A stretch of 64,000 bases of DNA from a virus. The translations under genes and the position numbers were made by a program. Location of the stretch: the IMG/VR virus record IMGVR_UViG_3300036861_000477; one strand, 5' to 3'. Positions 28,627 to 38,457 of this stretch are shown here, piece after piece. Each line of letters opens with the position of its first letter. Position 1 is the first letter of the stretch. The notes under the pieces are model-generated. The model was not told the DNA's origin. It saw nothing but the letters and a program-made list of their open reading frames with translations, and ran no database searches.

Positions 28627-30126
28627 CTAAACGATCTTCATCATTAGTGGGACACCTTGCGGAAGCGTCCAGCCCACCCAGCGTGCGCCGTTACTACGCG
28701 TCTTTTCCCACCCGATTCCTTCCAGCGCCTGCGAGAATCCCTTGCTGCCAAGCGGATCTTTACGATCCTCAGACTCGGCTTGACCTTTGATCCAGTACCT
28801 GTAGATGTCATATAGATCGGTTGTTCGTGCACACCCTGATGCAGGTATCGTCTTAGATATCTCAGCAAGGTACTCCGCATTTAGTGCCCACTCGATGAAC
28901 TCAGCCAGGTGTCCCATACCTTGGCGAGCTTGGTCCGTCGCGATACGGTACTTCTCCGGCATGTCCGAGAGGTCACGGGCCAATGGCAAACTCGCACCAA
29001 AGATGACACGAGCCAAGAGTGCTTGCCGCATCTTAACGTCCGCCAAGAACCGCGCCCGAATCGCTGGGTCTTCCTTCTCGGGTGGGAGTGTCTGATCCAT
29101 GTGAATGGACAAGATTCGCCGTCGTGTTGCCACATCAATTCCGGAGATGCGTGGAAACTCATTCGCCACGATCATTGCCACGAACCGTGGAATGTGTTCG
29201 ATGATTCCCGCGTAGAGATCACGATAGGGAAGTGAGTCCGAGCCACCCGTGAGGCGCTTAACCTGGTCTGCGTGAAGTGCCCACGACTTAGAACCTTCGG
29301 TCGCGTAAGCGATTCGCTTGAACATCGCGCGAACGAGGTCAGGCCGTGGCTTGTCATCCAGGTTGCTGCGGAACACACCTGGGCTAATTGCGCACGCGTA
29401 TGAACCAAAGATCTGCTGAAGTGCGGCGAAGAACTGTGACTTACCACTCGTCGTGCCACCAAAGAACACCGGCAAGATGCGCAAGTCGTTACCCACATAG
29501 AGTGAGTGACCTAGTAGCTTAAACACATATGCTTGACACTCAGGATCTGGAATGAATGTCTCGAGGAACAACTCCAACTCCACCGAGTACCCGGGTTCCA
29601 CGGCCTCGGGAATAAACTCCACACCGGCGCAGAGTGAGTTCATGTCGTTAGGCTGCGCTGAACGTAAGCTGAATGTGCGCAAGTCCACGGTGCCGTTTGG
29701 TACGACGAAGTCCGAGACCGACTCATCAAAGTTGTGCAGTTCCAGCTGGATGCGAGGATCAGACTTCGCGACGCTTAGCATCGCACGCCGCTTATCTACC
29801 GCCTCAAGCTTTGTGATCGCCTGTAGTAGTGCGTCGCGGTTTTCACCCGTGGTCTCGAGCGCGAGGTCTTTCCGACGCTGGATGACACTCTGTGTGAGCG
29901 CGAACGCGGCGAGACCTTCACGCGTGTCAGGCTGCCAGTGAAAGCCGTTCCAGATAGCCCAGCGCTTTTCATCGGTGATGTACCGAACCGTGTCCTCAAA
30001 GAGATGAACGAACAGTCCCGCGTTCGTCGTATCGGTGATCGGGTTAAGGTCGATCCCCGCATTAAGATCGATCCAGTGGTGAGCTGAGACCGTTGTGGCT
30101 TCACCCTGTTGCTGCTCACTCACCAA
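28627..30126 (-). CDS. D5/P4-family SF3 helicase (primase partner)
   Basis: D5-N motifs (WAIWNG.HW, VVPNGTVDL); Walker A variant GGTTSGKS; KRLTGGSD..YRDLY. Confidence 0.85.
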   Translation of the reverse strand: MVSEQQQGEATTVSAHHWIDLNAGIDLNPITDTTNAGLFVHLFEDTVRYITDEKRWAIWNGFHWQPDTREGLAAFALTQSVIQRRKDLALETTGENRDALLQAITKLEAVDKRRAMLSVAKSDPRIQLELHNFDESVSDFVVPNGTVDLRTFSLRSAQPNDMNSLCAGVEFIPEAVEPGYSVELELFLETFIPDPECQAYVFKLLGHSLYVGNDLRILPVFFGGTTSGKSQFFAALQQIFGSYACAISPGVFRSNLDDKPRPDLVRAMFKRIAYATEGSKSWALHADQVKRLTGGSDSLPYRDLYAGIIEHIPRFVAMIVANEFPRISGIDVATRRRILSIHMDQTLPPEKEDPAIRARFLADVKMRQALLARVIFGASLPLARDLSDMPEKYRIATDQARQGMGHLAEFIEWALNAEYLAEISKTIPASGCARTTDLYDIYRYWIKGQAESEDRKDPLGSKGFSQALEGIGWEKTRSNGARWVGWTLPQGVPLMMKIV

Positions 30127-31259
30127 CGACTCCTAATGATGCTAACCCGACCGATGTCTTCCCGACGTTCAGTTACGCCGGATTCCTCATTCACATGCTC
30201 TGTCGTTATGACTGGTCGCCACTTCGGCAGCTCCTCACCGGGTTCCACGGTCTGCCAGATCCGCTCGATCTTATACTCCACGTGCTCGAACGGCATGAAC
30301 CACGCAGCCTGCGGCGGCTGGACCATCTTCTCCGACGACCAGTACTTACGTGCCTCATCAAGTGCTCGTTCCTTCGTCGCGCCGAGCTTTCGCAGCCGGA
30401 ACAGCATATCGTTGAAGAACTCGTCCCGCTCGCCGTCGTGGACACCTTCCGTCAGCGCGCGCTTGTAGTCGTAACCCGTGATGCCGCCGCTTCCTCCACC
30501 CACGTCGCCGCTCGCGCCGATCGCACCACGCACACCACCCCGAAGCTCACGGGATCCCTTTGCCTTTAAGAGCCACATCAGTAGCGATACCGACAACGGT
30601 GTCACTCCCCCGTGTGATCCTCCACCGGTGATCCAGTGGCGATTGTCGAACCCGGGCGTCGGCACCGCGACGTAGCCGCCCTCCGCCTTGATGTCCGTCT
30701 TAGGAAGCACGCGGTTGTGTGACTTGATGATGAACCCAACCCGCGTCTCGTAGAGGAGGTGAAGACCTCCTGAGCCCGTGCGCTGCTGGAGCGTCGGCGG
30801 TAGCTCCGTGCCGGTGAGTCCCTCCCAACGGTCCATGATCTCGAGACCCGTCGTTCCCGCCCACGGCCCGGTCTCGACGGCCGCTGCCTCGAAGTCGATC
30901 ACGACGAGTCCTGACCCGTGTGGGCGCAGTCCCGTGCGAACGGCGAGGTAGCCGAACGGATGACGCTCGATCATTTCAGCGTAACGGTCGATGTTGCGCG
31001 TCGCCGCGTAGAACCCATGGCAAGTTAAGCAACCACACTCTTGCCTCACGTGCTGCCAGTCCGCCTTGGCGCACAGGTCACAGTTCTTCAACGGGGACTT
31101 GTCTCGTCCCAGGACGAACACCGCCCAGCCACGCTGGACGTAGTCGGTTGCGACTCGGATCTTCTCCGCGATGAGAGCGTGCAGTGATGCCCCTCGCGCG
31201 TAGTCATCTGGTACTATCGGCACTAGAGGTTCTCCTTCCTCTGGTCCTTGCACGGACAA
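30120..31259 (-). CDS. Bifunctional DNA primase/polymerase
   Basis: GWAVFVL..K.P, Zn motif C..C...C.C..CHGFYAAT, VVIDFE, TGSGGLHLLY, GGYV. Confidence 0.85.
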   Translation of the reverse strand: MSVQGPEEGEPLVPIVPDDYARGASLHALIAEKIRVATDYVQRGWAVFVLGRDKSPLKNCDLCAKADWQHVRQECGCLTCHGFYAATRNIDRYAEMIERHPFGYLAVRTGLRPHGSGLVVIDFEAAAVETGPWAGTTGLEIMDRWEGLTGTELPPTLQQRTGSGGLHLLYETRVGFIIKSHNRVLPKTDIKAEGGYVAVPTPGFDNRHWITGGGSHGGVTPLSVSLLMWLLKAKGSRELRGGVRGAIGASGDVGGGSGGITGYDYKRALTEGVHDGERDEFFNDMLFRLRKLGATKERALDEARKYWSSEKMVQPPQAAWFMPFEHVEYKIERIWQTVEPGEELPKWRPVITTEHVNEESGVTERREDIGRVSIIRSRW

Positions 31260-31289
31260 GGAAGCCCAGCGGTCTCACGGCCGCTGGGC

Positions 31290-31490
31290 TCACTTCTTGA
31301 ACGGTGTTTCGGTCGCGACCTCGGAGATCATGTCGTCGAGGAGCGCCTGCTGCCGCTGGATGACCCGGGCGCCTAGCGCGATGAAGTGCCGTGCCGCGTC
31401 GTTACGACTGCCGTATGTGCGATCGGCGTAGTCGTCTAGGACATCACGAAGTTCGTCGTCGATGTACACACTCATATGTGCCTTAGCCAT
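31290..31490 (-). CDS. Ribbon-helix-helix DNA-binding protein
   Basis: MSVYIDDELRDVLDDYA...SRNDAARHFI pattern. Confidence 0.65.
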   Translation of the reverse strand: MAKAHMSVYIDDELRDVLDDYADRTYGSRNDAARHFIALGARVIQRQQALLDDMISEVATETPFKK

Positions 31491-31606
31491 GGTTCGATTT
31501 TAATTCACTTTAGTCTTAAGATCACAACACCGTGTGATCAACAAATTAACCGCACGTGTGATACAGTAGTCACTAGCACCACCTACGACAAGTCAGGGAG
31601 ACGAGT

Positions 31607-32119
31607 ATGGAACGCACCACGATCAACCCATTTGCGATCGAGCAGAACTCACTCAGTCACACACCGGCGCAACACTGGCTCGCCGTCATTCATCCGCGAG
31701 GCGCGGTGCGGATCAAGGGTAAGCAGCTCGGTCACGCGTCCAGTCAGGCCCAAGAGCACTCAGGCCACGCGGTCGGCGAGTACGCCACCCGGGGTAAGCG
31801 CTGCTCCGCGTGCCGCTGGTTCGAAGCGCGCATCTACCACGTGGACGAGATCCACCCGGAAGACTTCACGCTGCTTCTTCCGTCGGAGGTCGCCGAGCGC
31901 TACCTCGTCGTGACCGTCGGCTTCTCCGTCGCGCCGGGTGAGACGCCTTACGTTCGCGCGACGTTCACCTCCTCGGGCTACGAGGTCGTCGAGCTGCTGA
32001 CGATCCGGAAGTCCGGTGAGGAGCCGTTCATGCCGGTCGTCTCGGCGCGAGCGCTGTCCCAGGCGGCCGAAGATGACCGGTCGATCCGCGACGCGTACGT
32101 CAACCGCGCGGTCGCGTAG
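31607..32119 (+). CDS. Hypothetical protein (CSACRWFE motif)
   Basis: First gene of the rightward arm; GGGAG RBS. Confidence 0.6.
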   Translation: MERTTINPFAIEQNSLSHTPAQHWLAVIHPRGAVRIKGKQLGHASSQAQEHSGHAVGEYATRGKRCSACRWFEARIYHVDEIHPEDFTLLLPSEVAERYLVVTVGFSVAPGETPYVRATFTSSGYEVVELLTIRKSGEEPFMPVVSARALSQAAEDDRSIRDAYVNRAVA

Positions 32120-32153
32120 GCGTAGCGTCAGTACCTGATTGGAGTAACTTCAA

Positions 32154-32477
32154 GTGCAACCTACCATCGGTCAGATCGTCCACTACAAGCTCAGCGAGCA
32201 GGACGCCGAGTCCATTAATGTTCGCCGCGCGGATTACCACGCCTTCAAGGTGGGCCACAATCACCCGCACGAGCCGGGTGCGCCCGGCGCGACCGGTCAT
32301 GTCGGTCATGTCGGCAACGTGGTCCAGGCCGGAGACGTGTACCCAGCCGTGGTGGTGCGGATATTCCACCCGAGCATGACGACTATCAACCTCCAGGTCT
32401 TCCTCGACGGCAACGACACGTACTGGGCGACAAGCCGCACTGAAGGCGACGAGCCCTGCCACTACGTCACCGTGTAA
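32154..32477 (+). CDS. Hypothetical phage protein (PTIG.IVHY...NLQVFLDG family)
   Basis: Common phage motif; GGAG RBS. Confidence 0.6.
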   Translation: MQPTIGQIVHYKLSEQDAESINVRRADYHAFKVGHNHPHEPGAPGATGHVGHVGNVVQAGDVYPAVVVRIFHPSMTTINLQVFLDGNDTYWATSRTEGDEPCHYVTV

Positions 32478-32611
32478 CACGTGCGTGGTACGAACCTGGT
32501 ACGGTAGTCTTCAGTCGGTTCCACGGATGTTCCTCCCCAGGTCACTTTCTGTACGATCCGACAACGTGGCAGCTCCAAGCCTATCCGGGTCCCAATCGGA
32601 GCTGCCACCAC

Positions 32612-32687
32612 CGCGGGATAGAGGAGTTCGGTCGTCCTCGTCTGGCTCATAACCAGAAGATCGCTGGTTCAAATCCGGCTCCCGCGT
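32612..32687 (+). tRNA. tRNA with CAT anticodon (elongator Met or Ile2)
   Basis: Full cloverleaf: CGCGGGA/TCCCGCG, TCTGG-CTCATAA-CCAGA, GCTGG-TTCAAAT-CCGGC. Paired C1-G72 and no triple GC stem, so not the initiator; CCA not encoded. Confidence 0.9.
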
Positions 32688-32914
32688 CTGCGCACGATGA
32701 CCAGTCACCGTGCACACGGAACCGAGCACGTCACCGCTGGCGCTAGGATGTACAATGTGACGAACATTGGGCGACTCGCAGCCCGTAAACTGGACGAACG
32801 TCGAGAGGGTTTCCCCGTTGGCCCAAACCAACCGGGTGAGGGACCGGTGCTCGGCCGGGTGCCGGTCCCTGACTTAACCTCATAAGACAAAGACACGACA
32901 AGGACGGAGAGATC

Positions 32915-33271
32915 ATGCGTCAGGTACTCGCAACCGACTACGCGTTCGCGGCACAACCCACCGATCAGTTCGACGAGGCCAACACCGTACGTGAGTACGC
33001 GTGGCAGCAGCTAGTTCGATCCACCGCAAAGTACGTCGCCGCGGAGCGCTTGTTCCGTGAACGACGAGACTTCTTTCGTGAGAAGCACCGTTGTGTCTTC
33101 ACCGCTGACACGGTGGAGATGCTCAAAGACCTCGAGAACGATGAGCAGTTCAAGAACGCCATCGCCGACGCTCCGCACTTCTCTCGCCGTATGACCGCGT
33201 TCGCCGAACTCTTTCAGGCCGCGGGTGATCGCATCGATGACATTCACCAGAACACGGGCGTCGAGCGATGA
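32915..33271 (+). CDS. Hypothetical protein
   Basis: ACGACAAGG leader and GGAG RBS. Confidence 0.6.
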   Translation: MRQVLATDYAFAAQPTDQFDEANTVREYAWQQLVRSTAKYVAAERLFRERRDFFREKHRCVFTADTVEMLKDLENDEQFKNAIADAPHFSRRMTAFAELFQAAGDRIDDIHQNTGVER

Positions 33272-33957
33272 CACTCCAGCGCGTGAAGCTCGTCCCCATC
33301 GACAACCTCATGGACATTCGGCTCACGACACCTCTCACATCCCACGAGTTCACGAACGAGTTCGGTACCGATGCTCATGTGTTCGGTCTCACGACGAACG
33401 ACGTGGCACTTCTCAATCACACCGCCGGCGTGGCACGTCGCGTGTCGCAGTTGAACCGCAACAAGGAGGGTCCACAGCGCACGATCAAGCTCGTCACCGA
33501 TCAGCTTGATGTCATCAACGAGTACTACCCGTTCGCGCGCATACCCAAGGCGGCGACGCAGTGGGGTATGACGTGGAGTCGCAACATCAACACCGCGTAC
33601 ATCTGGCTCAGTCCCACGCACCTCCAGAACAACACACGCCACAACGTGCTCAGGACGTATATCCACGAGCTCGCACACGCCGTGACGTCCAGTCGCACGT
33701 GTCACAACTGGACGTTCCGCCGGATGTACGGCCTGCTTCTCACCACACTGGGTCCGATCTTTGGCGTCGACTACGATGTGAGCAAAGAGCTCAGCGCGAC
33801 GATCTACCTGTATCAGCGCGACGGCGCGACGCACCGTCCCGTGACGGGTTCACCTAGTTACTACGGTGACGATACCGCCTGGGCATATGAGCGTCACGAG
33901 GAAGAGCTCACAAAGCACCTCACAGCGATCGATCGGTTCCGTAAGCGTCATCTGTGA
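33268..33957 (+). CDS. SprT-like zinc metalloprotease
   Basis: YIHELAHA...CHNWTF (HExxH...H..F) motif. Confidence 0.6.
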   Translation: MTLQRVKLVPIDNLMDIRLTTPLTSHEFTNEFGTDAHVFGLTTNDVALLNHTAGVARRVSQLNRNKEGPQRTIKLVTDQLDVINEYYPFARIPKAATQWGMTWSRNINTAYIWLSPTHLQNNTRHNVLRTYIHELAHAVTSSRTCHNWTFRRMYGLLLTTLGPIFGVDYDVSKELSATIYLYQRDGATHRPVTGSPSYYGDDTAWAYERHEEELTKHLTAIDRFRKRHL

Positions 33958-34102
33958 CACGATGGTATACATTAGCAGTGTGACCTGGTACAGTAACCTC
34001 AAGCACAGCCGCACGACACGCACGTTGCACAACGGCCGGAATCGCGGTCACGGCCTGGGTTCACATAAGGGACCCGGGACGGAGAGGACCTGCCCGGCTT
34101 AA

Positions 34103-34250
34103 GGGCCGAATAGCTCAAAGGTAGAGAGCGGAGCACTTAGGCTCCGGCGCCACTGGAGTGGCGGGACGGAACGGTGAGACTCGCACAACCTGCGTCGTAG
34201 GTTGAGTTGACCCGGAAAGTCGATGGCGGGTTCGAGTCCCGTTCGGTCCA
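34103..34250 (+). ncRNA. 148-nt tRNA-like RNA with multi-hairpin insert and G3-U70/A73
   Basis: Acceptor GGGCCGA/TCGGTCC-A; D-stem GCTC/GAGC; T-arm GCGGG-TTCGAGT-CCCGT; about 80 extra nt folded into hairpins. Confidence 0.7.
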
Positions 34251-34295
34251 CGGTTGACGAAAGTCACCAGACAACTTCACGACAAGGAGAAGTGT

Positions 34296-34931
34296 ATGAC
34301 CCAGAGTGAAGACCTCGGCGTGGTCAACGACCAGAAGGTCGTCGCCGTCGAACTCGCGAAGCTTGCCACGCCGAACAACGGCACACTATCCCCGACCACC
34401 GGTGTGGAAGAGTGCCTTCTCGAGGACGGCACCATCATTCATCGGTGTGCCCACTGGCGCGACGCCGACAAGCCGTGCGAGTACGTGCACGTGAACCCGA
34501 TCTCCGTTCGGAGTCACCTGCGTCATCATGGCAAGACCGCCGAGCTCAACCGGACGAAGCGTGAGCTCGAGGCGCTTAAGAAGCGCGCCGAGGAGATCAA
34601 GCGCAACCGGCAGAACGGTGTCAAGAAGGCCGCCGAGACGAAAAAGCGTCGTGCGGCGGAGGCAACCACAACGGTGCCGACCACCTCGAATGTCATCCTC
34701 GGTACGGACCCGCGCGCCCAGATCATCGAGACGCTCATGGAGGTCGTCGCCATGATCAACGACACGACGGACGACTTCGTGATCATGCACAACGCACTCT
34801 CCGTGCATGAGGCGTCGCTACGACGCGCGCAAGAGAGCGTGGACGCGCAGCTGTCGAAGATCGCCGAGCTGACGATCACGGATCCGAAGCTCATCGAGCT
34901 GGCGAACGCACTCAAGAACTACACCAAGTGA
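34296..34931 (+). CDS. Zn-finger/coiled-coil protein
   Basis: C...C...H..HH motif followed by a basic coiled coil; AAGGAG RBS. Confidence 0.55.
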   Translation: MTQSEDLGVVNDQKVVAVELAKLATPNNGTLSPTTGVEECLLEDGTIIHRCAHWRDADKPCEYVHVNPISVRSHLRHHGKTAELNRTKRELEALKKRAEEIKRNRQNGVKKAAETKKRRAAEATTTVPTTSNVILGTDPRAQIIETLMEVVAMINDTTDDFVIMHNALSVHEASLRRAQESVDAQLSKIAELTITDPKLIELANALKNYTK

Positions 34932-35017
34932 GACCGGGAGGTCACCGACTCGTCGTTACCGAGCCGGTGGCCTCCCCCCATGTGCTATGATCACAACAAC
35001 TTCACTCAAGGAGATCC

Positions 35018-35469
35018 ACGTGCACCGCAAACCGCTCACCTCCTGGCTCTCTCGGACCACCGAAGCTCTCCGGTCCTGGGTAACCAACCAGCTCGACCGG
35101 ATCCGAGCTCTGCGAGAGTTTGGTCCGGTCCGAAAGCGCCTCTACACCGGTCGCCACCGGGTGCTCGGCACCGAGACGCAGTTCGCCAAGCGCACCGACG
35201 GTGTCGACGGCATCGTCGTCCAGTCGACCTCTAAGCCTCGTCGCCGATCGCCTCGCGCGGTCGCTGTCGCACTCCGGTCACACGTTGCGGGACGTCGCAC
35301 GCGCTCCTCCGCGGACGCCAAGGAGCCCGCTTTACCGATGCGCTTCCGCGCCTCCGTACCCAAGGTTGAAGTCGATCTCATAGCGCTCACCACGCTCGTC
35401 GACCAGATCATCGCCAACACGCGGATCCTTCGCGGTGAGGACTTCCACCACAACTTCATCATGTCCTAG
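35018..35469 (+). CDS. Hypothetical basic protein
   Basis: AAGGAG RBS before GTG; TG-C-TATGAT promoter upstream. Confidence 0.5.
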
Positions 35470-35523
35470 GAGGACACATGCTCATCATCGTTGAAGATTT
35501 GTTCTTATGCTAGGATAATTAGT

Positions 35524-36030
35524 ATGGATCTTCATTCACATGTTGCTGAACTCTTTCCAGGTGATAAGCGTGTTCTTCAAAGAATTTTATTACACGCACT
35601 CATCGATTTGGGCCAAGTAACAAAACTTGAGTGTGCATGGGAAAATTGCGCACTACCAAACACATCTCTCAAGCCTGCGGGTAAAAGAGGCGCATGTGTC
35701 ACTTTCGATCACACTGTAGATCGTATGAGTGGCGGGCCAGATCATTGGCGTAACATCTTACTTATGCATCACACGTGTAACACACGAAAAGGTGCAGTAT
35801 TCACACCTGAACGTCGAGCAAAGATTAGCGCTAAAGTTCGTGAACGATGGCAAGATCCTGCATATGCGCAACGTGTAATTGACAAATCGGCTGAAGTATT
35901 ACGCACAAATGGATCATCACAACGAAAGAGTGAAGCAATGAAAAGACATTGGGCAGATCCAGAACGAAAAGCAGCGCACGCCGCAAAGCTTTCGCGGGGC
36001 GAATCTTGGCGAAAAGCTCGAGGTTTGTGA
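35524..36030 (+). mobile_element. Free-standing HNH homing endonuclease (NUMOD3-like C-terminus)
   Basis: TFDH...GG..HWRNILLMHHTCNTRK HNH motif; repeated RAKIS/RKSEAMK.HW.DP segments; AT-rich relative to flanks. Confidence 0.85.
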
Positions 36031-36995
36031 TGTTGATAATTTGTGAAGGTCCGGATGCGGCAGGTAAGTCGACGCTCGTTAGTCAGCTTCACGACGTCAT
36101 CACCCAGCGATACCCAACGTGGAAGGTCGAGGTACTCCACAAGGGACCACCCGCACCCGACGCTCATCCACTGGACGAGTACGAGCTTCCGCTCTTGTCG
36201 TACCGGCCGGGCCGCGAGCATGTGATCATCTGTGACCGCTGGCACATTGGTGAGTGGGTTTATCCGTTCATTCTCAAGCGAAAGACCCACGCGGACCGTG
36301 CGGTGTGGTATCACATCGAGCTGTTCCTCCAGTCACGGGGCGCGATCATCGTGCACCTTGGTGCCGATCCATCGGAGATCACACGCCGGCTCACCGAGCG
36401 TGGTGATGACCTCGTCTACCCGCACCAGGCAACGGCACTGGTCAACGGCTACGCGAATATGCGGCAGCATCACACGGTGAACTCGATCTACGCAACGCTC
36501 GGTGTCACGCCCGACTACATCGTGGATCAAGCCGTGATCACCGCTGTGCAGGCCGAACGACTCAACGAGTTCACCACGTACATTGGTGATCCTGTGCCAA
36601 GCACGATGCTTATGGGTGACGTGCGCAACGGCCTCGACCTATCGGACGAGTTCGTGAACGCGCGCGCTGATCTACGACCCGCGTTCATGCCGTACAAGGG
36701 CACGTCGGGGCACTACCTCTTTAGCTCACTCAAGCCCGAGCAGTTCCGCACCCTAGGTGTCGCGAACGCGTGTGACGTGGACAACATCGAGCGCATGCAC
36801 GCGATGCTCCACTTCCCATCTAGTGCGGCACTGGGAGTCAACGCCCAGCGGGCAACCGACTTCATGGCCGAGGTCAACGGCGTGCCTCATCCGCAGTTCA
36901 TCCGGCGGTTTCACAACAAGGCGGGACGACAGTACGCGCAGGCCATCGAGCGCACGCTCGTGGACGGAGAGGACAACAGCCAGTGGCGACCCTAA
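36030..36995 (+). CDS. dNMP (thymidylate-like) kinase fused to a UDG-superfamily-like domain
   Basis: EGPDAAGKST P-loop and CDRWH; C-terminal GD, PAF.P..GTSG..L, ALG..A and PHP motifs. Confidence 0.75.
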   Translation: MLIICEGPDAAGKSTLVSQLHDVITQRYPTWKVEVLHKGPPAPDAHPLDEYELPLLSYRPGREHVIICDRWHIGEWVYPFILKRKTHADRAVWYHIELFLQSRGAIIVHLGADPSEITRRLTERGDDLVYPHQATALVNGYANMRQHHTVNSIYATLGVTPDYIVDQAVITAVQAERLNEFTTYIGDPVPSTMLMGDVRNGLDLSDEFVNARADLRPAFMPYKGTSGHYLFSSLKPEQFRTLGVANACDVDNIERMHAMLHFPSSAALGVNAQRATDFMAEVNGVPHPQFIRRFHNKAGRQYAQAIERTLVDGEDNSQWRP

Positions 36996-37846
36996 TCACC
37001 GGTGCGAGTGGCATCGACGTGTATCGCCGACTTGTGAACTACGTGCTCGCCGGTGGTGATCGCCGGAACCCACGTGGTCTCGCGACGAACGACCTGGGCT
37101 ACACCACCGTGGAGCTCGATTCGCCCTACAACGCTCTTCCACTGGGTCTGGGTCGCAACCTCTCACGGCGCATCGCCGCGGCGGAGGCGGTGCAGCTCAT
37201 CGGAGCGTTCGCCGACCCGCAACTTCTCCTCGACGCGTCGCCCAACTTCAAGAACTACGTGGAGGACGACGGCACGTTCTGGGGTGCTTACGGTCGGCGC
37301 ATCGGAACCCAGCTGCGCGAGGCGTGCACCAAGCTCAGCCAGGACCACAGCACGCGCCAGGCCTTGATCACGCTATGGGATCCAATGCTGGACAACCAGC
37401 CGCACAAGCGTGACTACCCGTGCACGATGCTTCTGGGCTTCAGCTTTAGCCCGACGGGACTTCTCGAGCTCGACGTCACCATGCGATCCAACGACGTGTG
37501 GAAGGGATTTCCCTACGACATCTTCCAGTTCACGCAGCTGCAGCTCACCGTGGCTCGGCTGCTGAAGGTCGAACCGGGGCGCTATCGTCACCACACGTAC
37601 TCACTTCACATCTATGAGAGCGACGCACTGGCCGCCGCCGAGTTCATCCGGCGAAGTGATGTCGCACACACGGAGGAGCAACCGACGGGCTTCGGCGCGC
37701 CGGGCGATAACCTACTCACCATCCAGCAGCGAGCACGAACGGTTGCATATGCAACTACCGCTACGTCGTCCACCGACTCCGAGCGCTGGTACTGGCACGT
37801 TCTGCGTGGTGGCAAGCCTCAGCTCACCCTGGTGGATCCGCAGTGA
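36983..37846 (+). CDS. Thymidylate-synthase-family enzyme, predicted dCMP hydroxymethylase
   Basis: Catalytic PC; MRSNDVWKGFPYD places Asp at the position of E. coli ThyA Asn177; SLHIY. Confidence 0.8.
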   Translation: MATLITGASGIDVYRRLVNYVLAGGDRRNPRGLATNDLGYTTVELDSPYNALPLGLGRNLSRRIAAAEAVQLIGAFADPQLLLDASPNFKNYVEDDGTFWGAYGRRIGTQLREACTKLSQDHSTRQALITLWDPMLDNQPHKRDYPCTMLLGFSFSPTGLLELDVTMRSNDVWKGFPYDIFQFTQLQLTVARLLKVEPGRYRHHTYSLHIYESDALAAAEFIRRSDVAHTEEQPTGFGAPGDNLLTIQQRARTVAYATTATSSTDSERWYWHVLRGGKPQLTLVDPQ

Positions 37847-38442
37847 CTCGGCCAACGGATCACGAGCTGTTCATGGAGATGGCACACGTCGCAGCGAAGC
37901 GTAGCTTGTGCTCCCGTGACCAAGTCGGCGCGGTGATCGTGTCCGACGACCAGGTCGTCATCTCAACGGGTCGGAACGGTCCGCCACGGTTCTACCCACA
38001 CGACGAGCAACCGTGCACTGAGTGGTGTGACAGAGCTCGTAATGCCAAGTATCTCTCCATCGACTATGCCAAGGTGCCACCACAGGTACAGCTTGAAGTG
38101 ATCAACGGTGAGATCTATGATCACGGACGAGTCCTTGACCCCAAGCACTATAAGACCTTCGGCATCATCGAGGTGGACTCACCCAGCCCACGATACGATG
38201 ACTGTCCTAGTCTTCACGCGGAGGCGAATGCACTCCTCAGTGCCGAACGTTCAGAGCGACTTGGTGGTACGATCTACGTAACGAGCGCGATCTGCTTTGG
38301 ATGTGCGAAGCTCATCGCGAACTCGGGTCTCGTATCCGTCGTGATGCCCGCGTTCACGTATGAACAGGCGACGGCTCGTGGCTGGTCCAAGACGGAGGAG
38401 TTCTTCATGCTTCTGTCTATTAACGTAACAGTGCTTGACTAA
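37843..38442 (+). CDS. dCMP deaminase family protein
   Basis: SLCSRDQVGAVIV, GRNG.P, HAEANAL and C..C. Confidence 0.85.
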   Translation: MTRPTDHELFMEMAHVAAKRSLCSRDQVGAVIVSDDQVVISTGRNGPPRFYPHDEQPCTEWCDRARNAKYLSIDYAKVPPQVQLEVINGEIYDHGRVLDPKHYKTFGIIEVDSPSPRYDDCPSLHAEANALLSAERSERLGGTIYVTSAICFGCAKLIANSGLVSVVMPAFTYEQATARGWSKTEEFFMLLSINVTVLD

Positions 38443-38457
38443 GAGACGGAGAAGGAC

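Noticed and set aside
34103-34250. Calling this a canonical tmRNA (ssrA) or tRNA-Leu(TAG)
   Set aside because: Far shorter than tmRNA and has a D-stem; the anticodon loop is 6 nt, so decoding is doubtful. Kept as a tRNA-like ncRNA.
35496-36047. Group I intron around the HNH gene
   Set aside because: The ORF fills almost the whole insert, leaving no room for a ribozyme core, and a new in-frame start makes splicing unnecessary.
36983-37846. Ordinary thymidylate synthase (thyA)
   Set aside because: Asp rather than Asn at the specificity position and RSND context point to dCMP; no symbol assigned.
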